From an uncultured Chloroflexia bacterium (GTDB lineage Bacteria > Chloroflexota > Limnocylindria > QHBO01), in contig CAWANT010000004.1 of the NCBI GenBank assembly GCA_963783495.1, positions 350,198-414,197 on the forward strand: a DNA stretch of 64,000 nucleotides, in the 5' to 3' direction. The position numbers and the translations under genes were made by a program. Below, one piece after another: positions 1 to 8,473 of the stretch. The stretch's first letter is position 1. Every line of letters begins with the position of its first letter. The notes under the pieces were generated by a model. It was given only the letters and a program-made list of their open reading frames with translations, was not told the origin of the DNA and searched no databases.

Positions 1-369
1 CAGCATGCCCCAGTGCCCCGGGCTCGCCACGGCGGACGCGCTGGGCGAAGAGGCCCTCGAACGCCTCGCGTGCTGTAAGTCGATGTCGCAGGCACGGCAG
101 GCGGCGCCGAGGGACATGTCGCTTGGCTGCGTCTCGACCCCCAGCTCGGCAAGCAGGCCCCACGAAGCGCGGGTACGTGGTCTCGTTGTAGACGATGAAG
201 CCGGTGTCGACCGCGACCGGGCCCGATCGGTGCCTCGACGCTCGACCGTCCTGACATGACCGCCCGGCGCGGGATCGCGCCTCGAAGAGCGTCACCGTAG
301 TGCGTCGCGACGCAGCGCGTACGCCGCGGTCAGGCCGCTCACGCCGGCTCCGACGACTGCGACCTTCAT
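1..369 (-). CDS. NAD(P)/FAD-dependent oxidoreductase (amine-oxidase/desaturase-like), N-terminal part. Runs off the window start and the frame is broken as assembled
   Basis: ATG at 369-367 is followed by [19 protein letters not shown], a GxGxxG dinucleotide-binding motif (tail of ORF 292..648). There is an in-frame stop at 292, but the typical continuation VTLFEAR is readable in another frame immediately downstream. Confidence 0.5.
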
Positions 370-845
370 GTTCGCGATGCCAGGGACGCGCCGATTTCGC
401 GCAAGCTCGTCGAGGCGTTCGTTGCATTCCGTCACGGGCATCGCGCGCGATGCGTGCGAACGTGCCCCCGGCGAACGGCGCCACCAGACGGCGAAGCCCC
501 GTGAGGCGAATGTCGGCGACGTAGTCGATGTGGGTCGCGCCATCGCGCGTTTCGAAGCGGATATCGTCGACGGCCTCCACGCCAGAACCCCGGCCACTGA
601 GCACCACCCGGCGAGAAGGCTTCGAGCTGCAATGATGCGGTACTCCATTGGGCGCGACGCCGGCCGCCCGTGCGGATCTCCGAGCTCGATAGCGTGGCCC
701 CCACCTCGGCCGCGCCGTGGCCATCGATGCGCTCTGCAGCGGCGACGCCGGGGTCCCAGCGGCCGGCGTTCGCGAAGTCCGCGATAAACGCGAAGGCGTC
801 CTCGATCGGAAGATCGGTTTGGAGCTGCTCGCGCAGAATCGGCAT
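366..845 (-). CDS. SRPBCC (START/polyketide-cyclase-like fold) family protein, frame broken as assembled
   Basis: ATG at 845. The protein reads [34 protein letters not shown] (inside ORF 432..1346), then MEYRI.. (ORF 292..648). [36 protein letters not shown] and [17 protein letters not shown] follow in the third frame. A TGA at 368-366 would overlap the next gene's ATG (ATGA). Confidence 0.6.
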
Positions 846-989
846 GTCTGGTCCTCCTGTTCGCGCGGTCGCCGAGCGCCCGCTCGGTGTGTGTCTATAC
901 TTGTGTCGCACCACATTGCTGACGTTCGGTGAGAGTGCTGTCAAATGTTTGTCTATAGTCTTGGCGGTCAGGAGCGGATGGGAGGTCCG

Positions 990-1993
990 ATGGATTGGCG
1001 GGTGATCGTCGACGCCGCGCTTGAGGTGACGGTGGTCGGCAGCTTCAGCCGGATCGGCCCGGCGGTCCGGCGACGGCTGTTCGAGCTGGCGCGACGCCGC
1101 CGCCCGGTGCCCTGCGCGGGAAGACGGCGCTGGTGACGGGCCCGACCTCCGGGCTCGGACAGCGCCACGGCACGCGCGCTCGCTGCGCTCGGCGCCCGCG
1201 TCGTGCTCCTGGGCCGCGACGAAGATCGGCTGGCCGCGGTACGCGACGAGCTGACAGGCCTCAGCGGAGAGGATCGAGTTCCCGACGCGTGGTCGCCGAC
1301 ATGGCGTCGCTGGCGTCGGTGCGCGCGGCGATCGAGCAGAGTTCACGCGACCGAGACGCGGCTCGACGTGCTGGTCGACAACGCCGGCGCGATCTACCCC
1401 GAGCGGACGCTGAGGCCCAGACGGGATCGAGGCGACGCTTGCGCTGCTTGGTGGTGGGACCGTTCGCGCTCATGGGCGGCCTACTGCCGCTCCTTCGGCG
1501 CTCGCGGCGACGCCGCGGGTCGATCGCCGTGAGCTAGCGGCGGGATGTACACGCAGGCGGTGGACCTCGACGACCTTCAGTCGCGAGAAGCGGCGCGTAC
1601 TCCGGTGCCGCTCGCCTACGCTCGCGCGAAACGCATCCAGGTCGCGCTCGATCCGTGAGTGGGCACGCCGCCTGAAGCGCGGCGCGGATCGCCGTCAACG
1701 CGATGCATCCCGGGCTGGGCCGATACGCCCGGACTGGCGAGCTCGCTCCCCGGCTTCCATCGGCTGATGCGACCGCTGCTCCGAACGCCGGAGCGACGGC
1801 ATCGACACGATCCTGTGGCTCGCCACGACCCAGGCGTATCGGCTGCGCTCCGAGCGGGAAGGCTACTACCTGGACCGCGCGGTCGCGTCCGTTCGACCGC
1901 GTGCCGGGCACCCGTCTCACCGCTGCCGACCGCCGCGCGCTGTGGGACGCGGTCGTCACGCTGTCCGGAGGATCCGGTCCCGCGCGAGAGTAA
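990..1993 (+). CDS. SDR-family NAD(P)-dependent oxidoreductase with an N-terminal hydrophobic segment, several frame breaks as assembled
   Basis: Motifs seen: GKTALVTGPTSGLG (TGxxxGxG) at about 1118-1160, LLGRDEDRLAAVRDELTG, LDVLVDNAGAIYPER, AVNAMHPGWADTPG, and the tail DRVPGTRLTAADRRALWDAVVTLSGG*. It is assembled from ORFs 945..1136, 1133..1537, 1203..1532, 1659..2183 and 1703..1993. The start may be 978 or 990. Confidence 0.65.
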
Positions 1994-2154
1994 ATGGCTT
2001 CCGTGCCACGATAGTGGTCGGCAGCCGCGAGGGCTCGCTGATGACGATCGTGGTTGGCATCGGCGGGTGGCGTCCGCCGGGCCGATGACAGCGCATAACT
2101 TGGCCCGCTGCGCTGAGAGGACCACTCGCGGCAGCACAGCGCACAGGCCGAGAG

Positions 2155-2194
2155 GCTTGGAAGGCTGCCGCTCTGCCAACTGAGCTACTCCCGC
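2155..2194 (-). pseudogene. tRNA-Gly(UCC) 5' half only (truncated tRNA remnant)
   Basis: The minus strand reads GCGGGAG-TA-GCTCAGTTGGCAGAGC-G-GCAGC-CTTCCAA-GC. That gives an acceptor 5' strand, a canonical D-arm, an anticodon stem 5' strand and a 7-nt loop with anticodon TCC. After 2 nt of the 3' anticodon stem the sequence diverges. I found no T-arm (GTTCGAATC-like) or complementary acceptor 3' strand in the next ~200 nt. Confidence 0.4.
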
Positions 2195-2379
2195 CCGGTT
2201 CGTGCTCCGGCAGACAGCATGACTGACGCGGAGTGACGGCCCGGACCGTGAATCCGATAGCACAGCGCTTCCAGCCGGGCGGTCATCCATGCGGCGACCC
2301 AGCCGGGCGGCGGGGCACTAGTGGCGAGGAGCCACGTGCAACTTGTCTATCATCCCTAAGCGATGGGTGATGAGCAGAG

Positions 2380-2814
2380 ATGACAGGAAGCCTTCAGGTC
2401 TGCGACGACCCGACATGCGAGGAACTGGCAACGCACGAATTGCTGGTCCAGCTCCCCGACGTTGACCGGGAGGTCTTTCATCTATGCCGGTCGCACGCGT
2501 TGGCCGCCGAATCCGTCATCGTTCGCCGCCGGCCGAAACAGCCACCGGCGCCGAAGGATGGGATGCGACGCAAGCTGCGCCGCCCGGGAATCGTGCGTTG
2601 GCTGGTCAAAGGCACCGGGAGCGACGATGCCCCGGAGGACGTGGACGCCACCGCCAAGCGCGAACTGATAACCGATACAGAGTTAAACATCTATCGCGAG
2701 ATCCTGGAGCTCGACGACGGGACTCGACTCGAGGTCACCGCCCGTCTAACCGACCACCAGGATCCGGCGGCCGGCGATCAGGTCCGTGGCATCGTCACGG
2801 ATCCTCCGCGATAA
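2380..2814 (+). CDS. hypothetical protein (Cys/His-rich N-terminus, basic linker)
   Basis: Intact 144-aa ORF in a locally lower-GC stretch. The N-terminus CDDPTCEELATHE..HLCRSH could bind metal. I recognise no family. Confidence 0.45.
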   Translation: MTGSLQVCDDPTCEELATHELLVQLPDVDREVFHLCRSHALAAESVIVRRRPKQPPAPKDGMRRKLRRPGIVRWLVKGTGSDDAPEDVDATAKRELITDTELNIYREILELDDGTRLEVTARLTDHQDPAAGDQVRGIVTDPPR

Positions 2815-2829
2815 GAGAGCCATCGTCCG

Positions 2830-3318
2830 TCACGCCTCTTGGTCTGGCCGAACGGCGGGAATGACCTCCGGCGGCGCCGGCCAGCGCTGGAGCACGATCT
2901 CCGCGTCCCCCGGGTCCATGCGATACCCGCGCACATCGGCGTCCCAGGTAATCAGGTCGCGTCTGGCCACCCGTCGCATCACCTTGTTTGGACCGGCCAC
3001 GATGCCGGCGAATGCCGTCCCAGAGCGTTTCCCGTAGCGAGCCGTCAGCCCGGCATCCAGTACCAGGGCTTCGTCACGGGTGGAAAGCTCCGCGACCTCG
3101 CGCAGCAGACGCCGGCTATCCGCGCCACGAATGGCGTTGAGGACCTCACCGAGCTGCCGGCGCCGAAGGTCCGCCTGGTCGGTCTGGTCAGGTACGAGTT
3201 CGCCGGGCCGATGCTGAGGACCCATCACCCAGCGCCAAGCGAGTGCCAGCAGCTGCTCCTCCGTATCGGCCTCGAACTCGATTCTGGGCACTTGAAGACT
3301 CCTATACATACTCGTCAC
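2830..3318 (-). CDS. hypothetical protein
   Basis: Intact 162-aa ORF converging on 2380..2814. The start is GTG at 3318 or ATG at 3309 (MYRSLQ..). No family recognised. Confidence 0.45.
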   Translation of the reverse strand: MTSMYRSLQVPRIEFEADTEEQLLALAWRWVMGPQHRPGELVPDQTDQADLRRRQLGEVLNAIRGADSRRLLREVAELSTRDEALVLDAGLTARYGKRSGTAFAGIVAGPNKVMRRVARRDLITWDADVRGYRMDPGDAEIVLQRWPAPPEVIPAVRPDQEA

Positions 3319-3342
3319 GGCCCTGTCACGAATATATCACGG
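3314..3342. promoter_or_regulatory. three phased (G/A)TCACG direct repeats in a divergent intergenic region (candidate operator)
   Basis: gTCACGg at 3314-3320, gTCACGa at 3325-3331 and aTCACGg at 3336-3342. The spacing is exactly 11 bp, in an AT-richer patch between the 162-aa ORF start and the ABM-like gene. Confidence 0.25.
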
Positions 3343-3475
3343 GAGTTTTCGTGCTACACTGCGTTCCTCGGCTGCAAGGCTGCGAACCGTTTGATCCTCT
3401 GGCCCGCGAACGACGGACTGCCACCGGCGAATCCGATTCGTGTCGACTTAGCCACATGGGGGCAGAGGAGAAGAT

Positions 3476-3781
3476 ATGCGTTACACCCGACTCTCAACCT
3501 ACGATCTGACCAAGGGCGACTTCAACGAGCTGACCGGCATTGCCGAGAAGGGCATCCTGCCGACGTTCGTCAAGGAGCCGGGCTTCGTCAATTACGGACT
3601 GGTCGACGCCGGCGACCACAAGGTCGTCTCGATCAGCATCTGGGAGACCCGCGAGGCCGCTCAGAAGTCAGAGGGCATGGCTGCCAGCTGGATCAAGGAG
3701 AACATCGCCGACCGCGTTCGCCTGGTGACGACCTACGTCGGCGACCTGGCCCTCTTCCGCGGCCTTCCCGTCGCCGCCTAG
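3476..3781 (+). CDS. ABM/Dabb-like (antibiotic biosynthesis monooxygenase fold) protein
   Basis: Intact 101-aa ORF preceded by a purine-rich RBS (agaggagaag). The size and pattern (..GFVNYGLVDAGDHKVVSISIWETREAA..) are typical of the ferredoxin-like ABM domain. Confidence 0.7.
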   Translation: MRYTRLSTYDLTKGDFNELTGIAEKGILPTFVKEPGFVNYGLVDAGDHKVVSISIWETREAAQKSEGMAASWIKENIADRVRLVTTYVGDLALFRGLPVAA

Positions 3782-3995
3782 TCGCACGCTAGACGGCCGC
3801 CGTGCGCGACCGGTCGGCCTACCCGCCGGCCCGCGCACGTGGCCACATCGCCGTCCCGGCTCGCTGCCGGGGCGGCTCTTTGCGTTCCGCGGGGCGCCGC
3901 CGCCCTAGGTCCCGGCACACCTGCGCCAGCGACCTACCCCGAGGGATGCGCCGTCAGGGTGCTCACGATCGCGAAGTCCGGGATCGGGCGCGACC

Positions 3996-4551
3996 TCAGT
4001 CCACGACGGCATATCGCAGCAGCACGATGCCAGTGTCGAACGTTGCCGTGCCGATCAGTCGGAGTTGGATCGGCTCGCCATCGGGGAACGGCCGTTCGCC
4101 GGATCCCAGCGAGATCGGGTTCATCCAGAACCGCAGCTCGTCGACCAGGCCGGTCGCCACCAGCTGCCGTGCGAACGCACCGGAGCCGAAGGACAGGAGA
4201 TCCCCGTTGGTGCGTTCCTTCAGGGCGCGGACCGCGGGTCCCAGATCTCCCTCGAGCTGCTGTGCGTTCCATGTCAGGTCCCCGATCGGCGAGCGGGAAG
4301 CCACGTACTTGGGCATCGCGTTGACCCGGTCGGCGAAGCCGATGTCGTCGCTGAGGGTCGGCCAAACGGCGGCGAAACCCTTCGTAGTTCTTGCGTCCAA
4401 GCAGCATTGCGTCGGCCGCCAGGAGCTGCTCGTGCGAAGCCTTGCCGGCGGCGCTGTGCCAATCGTGTTCACCATGCTGGTTGAACCACACGTCCTGCCG
4501 GTCCTGCACGCCATCGACGGTCAGTTGTGTCGAAATGATGACCCTGCCCAT
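3996..4551 (-). CDS. dihydrofolate reductase family protein (RibD C-terminal domain type), one frame break
   Basis: MGRVIISTQLTVDGVQD...LLGRKNYEG (ORF 3934..4578) joins FAAVWPTLSDDIGFADRVNAMPKYVASR...LRFWMNPISLGSG (ORF 3996..4514). The break resolves to one extra base in the A3C3 run at 4375-4380. Confidence 0.75.
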
Positions 4552-4673
4552 GTGACGCCACCTCCCTGCGAATGTCATGCCATCCCCGGCGTCGGTGATG
4601 CGACCGATCCGGCAGGCGCTGACTTGCCGTCGGCCAAGGCGCCATTGTGACCATGGACCGAATGCTGGGGCCC

Positions 4674-5180
4674 TCAGCCGAACGAGCAGTCCAGGCTCAC
4701 CTTGTCCAGCGCCTGCTCGAGCGTCGCGAGCTCCTGATCATCGAGCTGCTGGATGAAGAGCTTCGACACCCCGGCGAGATGGACGGGTAGCGCTTCCTTG
4801 AGTCGGGCCAAGCCCGCGTCGGTCAGGACCACAACCACTCCACGCCCGTCTGCGTCCGAGATCGCCCGTCGCACGAGCCCTTCCTCAACCATCCGGTCGA
4901 TGCGCCGCGTGATGGCTGAGCGCGAGCTGAAGACCTTCGTCGCCAGGTCAGTCATGCGGAGCTCCCCTCCGGCAGTCGCCAGCTGGGCGAGCACATCGAA
5001 GTCGCCGAGCGGCAATCGCGTCCGCATCGCAAGGTCCCTCGCGAGCTCGCGCATGAGCGAGGCGTGGGCGCGCAGCAATGAGCGCCAGGCTGCCAGCCCT
5101 CGCTGATCGGGGAGCGCTTGCCTGACAAGACGATCGACGGACGCTCCTGGGTCGTTGGACGACGATACTTGCATCTGCAC
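4674..5180 (-). CDS. MarR family transcriptional regulator
   Basis: Intact 168-aa ORF with a winged-helix core: LPLGDFDVLAQLATAGGELRMTDLATKVFSSRSAITRRIDRMVEEGLVRR..DGRGVVVVLT. Confidence 0.85.
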   Translation of the reverse strand: MQMQVSSSNDPGASVDRLVRQALPDQRGLAAWRSLLRAHASLMRELARDLAMRTRLPLGDFDVLAQLATAGGELRMTDLATKVFSSRSAITRRIDRMVEEGLVRRAISDADGRGVVVVLTDAGLARLKEALPVHLAGVSKLFIQQLDDQELATLEQALDKVSLDCSFG

Positions 5181-5215
5181 CTAACTCGCGCTATGGTGAT
5201 TGCAGTTGCAAGTAT
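5165..5215. promoter_or_regulatory. inverted repeat ATACTTGCA / TGCAAGTAT in the marR-LUD divergent region (candidate MarR operator)
   Basis: 9-bp arms at 5165-5173 and 5207-5215, plus internal TGCAnnTGCA and TTGCAgTTGCA elements. The patch is AT-rich in a GC-rich context and overlaps the marR start. Confidence 0.3.
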
Positions 5216-5892
5216 ATCGGGTGAGACCCGGAAGGAACAGCGCGATGGTGACACTAGCCCCTCAGCGGGAGACAGAGGCCCGCATTCAGTTCGCGACGCC
5301 GGCGGGCGAAGCGGAAGTTCGGCGGGCCGTCGCCGCGCTGGAAGCCCATGGCATGACGGTCGTGCGGGCCCGGGACGCCGCCGAAGCCAAGCGGCTCGTC
5401 CTTGACCTCATCCCGCTTGGCGCTCAGGTTCACCACGGCGCATCGGTAACGCTCGATGTCACCGGCGTCAGCACCGAGCTCGAGACTTCCGGCCGATACG
5501 ATCCGGTCAGGGCGAAGATTCGCAGCCTGGATCGCGCGACGAACGGCGACGAGATCCGCCGGCTCACGGCGGCTCCACAGGTGATGCTCGGCAGCGTCCA
5601 CGCCATCACCGAGACGGGCTCGCTCATCGCCGCCTCGAGCAGCGGCAGTCAGCTCGGTCCGTACGCCGCGGGCGCCGGCCAGGTGATCCTGGTCGCCGGC
5701 ACGCAGAAGATCGTGGCCGACCTGGAGGAGGGCCTGCGACGCATCGACGACTATGCCTTCCCGCTCGAGGACGCCCGCGCGCTCGAGGCGTACGGGATCC
5801 ATAGCGGGGTCAACAAGGTGCTCATCATCAACCGAGAAGTCGTCCCCGGACGAATCACCATCGTCCTCGTCGACGAAGCCATCGGCTTCTAG
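5200..5892 (+). CDS. LUD (lactate-utilisation LutC/YkgG-like, DUF162) domain protein
   Basis: Intact ORF with ..GSVHAITETGSLIAASSSGSQLGPYAAGAGQVILVAGTQKIVADLEEGLRRI.. The likely true start is the ATG at 5245 (MVTLAPQ). Confidence 0.8.
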   Translation: MQLQVYRVRPGRNSAMVTLAPQRETEARIQFATPAGEAEVRRAVAALEAHGMTVVRARDAAEAKRLVLDLIPLGAQVHHGASVTLDVTGVSTELETSGRYDPVRAKIRSLDRATNGDEIRRLTAAPQVMLGSVHAITETGSLIAASSSGSQLGPYAAGAGQVILVAGTQKIVADLEEGLRRIDDYAFPLEDARALEAYGIHSGVNKVLIINREVVPGRITIVLVDEAIGF

Positions 5893-5909
5893 CAGGAGAG
5901 AGGACACTC

Positions 5910-6728
5910 ATGAAGACCACGACACAAACGGTGGTGCGCGACACCATCCTTGTCGACTCCGCGCACACCCGCCCGATGATGGGCATCCAGGTGCTGGAAG
6001 CCGTGCCGGCGCGGAACGTCCCGTACGACTTGTCCGACCCGTTCATCCTCGTGCACGAGGCGACCGTGCCGATCACGCCCGAGCGGGCGGAGCTCGATAC
6101 CACGCACCCGCACCGCGGTTTTGACAACCTCTGGTACATCCTGTCGGGCAGTGCCAGCACGGGTCATAGCACCGGGTCCGACGGGGCGTTCGAGCGCGTC
6201 CGGCTCGATACCGGGGCATTGCTCAAGATCCGCACCGGGCGCGGCGTCTACCACGCGGAAAGCATCGGCGCCGACGAGCTTCGCGAGGGCAAGACCGGCG
6301 AGTTCCACAGCGTCCTGTTCTGGGTGAACCTTGCCCGCCGTGACAAGGACGTTGAGCCAACGGCTCAGGTCGTCGAGCCCGCTGAGATTCCGACTCGCAC
6401 TGAGGCGGACGCCATCGTGCGGACGCTGGTGGGTCCCGGCTCGCCGGTCGAGCTCGGAACGCCGGGCCTGATCCTGGATGTCGAGCTGCCACAGGGCGGC
6501 CGATTCGAGACAGCGGTCCCTGCGGAGTTCAATGCATTCGTGTGGATGCTGGATGGCGAGGGCGCCATCGGGGCGAACGAGTCCAGGGCGTCCCAAGGGC
6601 AGATCGCGATCCTTGGAGCCGGCGAGGCGCTGCGCGTGACCGATGCCGCTCCGGGCACGCGGTTCATGCTGATGGCCGGGAAGCCATATGGTGAGGAGCC
6701 GATCTACAACGGTCCGTACGTCGACTGA
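5910..6728 (+). CDS. pirin family protein
   Basis: Intact 272-aa ORF with the cupin metal motif THPHRGFDNLWYILSG and a two-cupin length. Confidence 0.9.
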   Translation: MKTTTQTVVRDTILVDSAHTRPMMGIQVLEAVPARNVPYDLSDPFILVHEATVPITPERAELDTTHPHRGFDNLWYILSGSASTGHSTGSDGAFERVRLDTGALLKIRTGRGVYHAESIGADELREGKTGEFHSVLFWVNLARRDKDVEPTAQVVEPAEIPTRTEADAIVRTLVGPGSPVELGTPGLILDVELPQGGRFETAVPAEFNAFVWMLDGEGAIGANESRASQGQIAILGAGEALRVTDAAPGTRFMLMAGKPYGEEPIYNGPYVD

Positions 6729-6888
6729 CAGATCGATCATGACGCGGCGGCCGCGAGTCGAGCGCGCGCTCCCGGGAGGCGATCGTCGACCGTCGGGAAC
6801 GACCCGCGCGCCGCCCATCGAGCGTTCGCCGATGAGCCCCGCCTGGTGTCGCGGTTGCCTGCGGTGAGAAGGTATAACTGAGCCTGCG

Positions 6889-7765
6889 ATGCCGAACCTG
6901 CCGTCGGGGACCGTGACGTTCCTCTTCAGCGACATCGAGGGCAGCACCGCCCTGCTCAAGCAGCTGGGCGACGAGCAATATGCCGACCTGTTACGCACCC
7001 ATCGACGCATCGTGCGCGAGACGTTCGGCCTGTACCACGGCCAGGAGATCGACACCCAGGGCGACGCCTTCTTCTATTCGTTCCATCGCGCCCGCGAGGC
7101 GGTGGCTGCGGCGGTGACGGTGCAGCGGCAGCACCACGAGCAGTCGTGGCCGGAGGGCGTGACGGTCCGCATCCGGCTCGGGCTGCACACCGGCGAGCCG
7201 GCTGTCGGCGAAGACGGATACACCGGATTGGATGTGGTGCGCGCCTCGCGCATCGCAGCGGTTGGGCGAGGCGGGCAGGTGCTGCTGTCGGACACGACGC
7301 GCGCGATCGTTGCCGGCGACTTGCCCGACGGGGTGTCGATGCGCTCGCTCGGTGACCAGCGATTGAAGGACATCGACCAGCCGGAGCCACTGCACGAACT
7401 CCACATCGACGACGTCCCGGTCACGTCCGAAGTCCCGGTCCGATCCGAACCTCAGCCTCCGGGGCCTCTGCGCGATGGCGCCCTTCCAGCCGAGGCTCTG
7501 GCGAGCATGCCCGGATGGCTCCGCGACGTCGCGGCGCAACTGACGCCGGTCGCCGGCCGGGCGAGCCAGCTGATCGAGGAGAGGGTGCTCGCCGAAATCG
7601 AAGCCGGCCTTCGCGAGCGGGATGAGGCCACCGGCAGATCGGCGGTCACCCACGTCCTCGGTGGCCGACGAGATCGCAAAGCTGCGAGCCCTGCGCGACG
7701 ACGGAGCGCTCACCGACGAACAGTATTCGAAGGCGCTCGATCGAACGATCGCCGGCACGGACTGA
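6889..7765 (+). CDS. class III adenylate/guanylate cyclase domain protein with a C-terminal SHOCT-like domain, one frame break near 7650
   Basis: GTVTFLFSDIEGSTAL..DTQGDAFFYSF..GLHTGEP is the CHD catalytic core. The tail ADEIAKLRALRDDGALTDEQYSKALDRTIAGTD* is readable from 7664 in the +1 frame (stop 7763-7765). Confidence 0.8.
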
Positions 7766-7857
7766 CCGTCGCGGTCGACCCGCGTCGCGGCCGATCGGCG
7801 CCAGAAGCGTAGTGCTGAGCGGGAAACCAGAGACAGCGGTTCTGTGCTAGTTGCGCG

Positions 7858-8313
7858 CTAGGCCGCGGCGTACCCCTCTGTTACCTCATCCTTGTGCGCA
7901 GCAAATGCCGCGAGGACCTCTTCCTTCTCGCGCTGCGGCACGTTCAAGGCATCCAGCGTGCGACCCAGCTCGGCCGCTACCTCGTCGAACTCCTCAGGCG
8001 CAATCCGGAGCTGGCGATGGGCTTCTTCGAGGCTGACTGCGTCCCTGCCAGGTCTCGTACCAACGTACTCGAACGGACCTCCGGCAACGTTGCAGACCCA
8101 GAGCGTCCGCATCCACTTCAGCCCTGGCAAACGATCGGGCCGTTCGTTGCTCCACTCACGGAGCTGTGGGTTCTGCGAGCCCTTGCCGACCTTCGGGTTA
8201 TCGATCAACGCATCGCTGAAGTGGTCCACGACCGCGGCGATGGCGAAGACCCCGCCCAGCCGGTCGTACAAGCTCTGCTGCATCGGTTTACTCCTTGGCT
8301 GTAGATGACCCAA
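7858..8313 (-). CDS. glbN: group I truncated haemoglobin (trHbN-like)
   Basis: Intact ORF with the MQQSLYDRLGGVFAIAAVVDHF.. signature. The probable start is the ATG at 8283. Confidence 0.85.
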   Translation of the reverse strand: MGHLQPRSKPMQQSLYDRLGGVFAIAAVVDHFSDALIDNPKVGKGSQNPQLREWSNERPDRLPGLKWMRTLWVCNVAGGPFEYVGTRPGRDAVSLEEAHRQLRIAPEEFDEVAAELGRTLDALNVPQREKEEVLAAFAAHKDEVTEGYAAA

Positions 8314-8434
8314 ACGCCGTCTTCCGGCGATGGACAGCCTCGGCTCCCGGCCACCCTCGTTCCGGTTCTGGCCGCCATCAGCCGCATCGGCGGCCGCGAA
8401 CCGCCGTAGCGTGCAGCAACGGACGCTGAATCTC

Positions 8435-8450
8435 AGTGACTGTTGTCACG
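8435..8450. promoter_or_regulatory. CRP/FNR-type palindrome aGTGA-N6-TCACg upstream of glbN
   Basis: agtgactgttgtcacg has GTGA at 8436-8439 and TCAC at 8446-8449. It lies between the crp-like stop (8474) and the glbN start (8283/8313). Confidence 0.4.
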
Positions 8451-8473
8451 CTGACCGATGCCCGTAACTCGCT

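Noticed and set aside
5-259. Plus-strand ORF 5..259 (84 aa) and similar short ORFs listed in the track.
   Set aside because: It is antisense to the frameshifted FAD-oxidoreductase gene and has no recognisable features.
1994-2200. Possibility that the tRNA-Gly is intact but interrupted by a group I intron or has a long insertion.
   Set aside because: The break is after the anticodon loop, so the position is plausible. However, I could not find a T-arm, a 3' acceptor strand (CTCCCGC) or a CCA context in the following ~200 nt, which then run into the SDR gene. I kept it as a truncated remnant. A covariance-model scan is still needed.
2380-3318. The two small convergent hypothetical ORFs as a toxin-antitoxin or defence pair.
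   Set aside because: They are convergent rather than co-transcribed. Their sizes (144 and 162 aa) and sequences match no TA or defence family I recognise. There is no supporting nuclease, ATPase or HTH motif.
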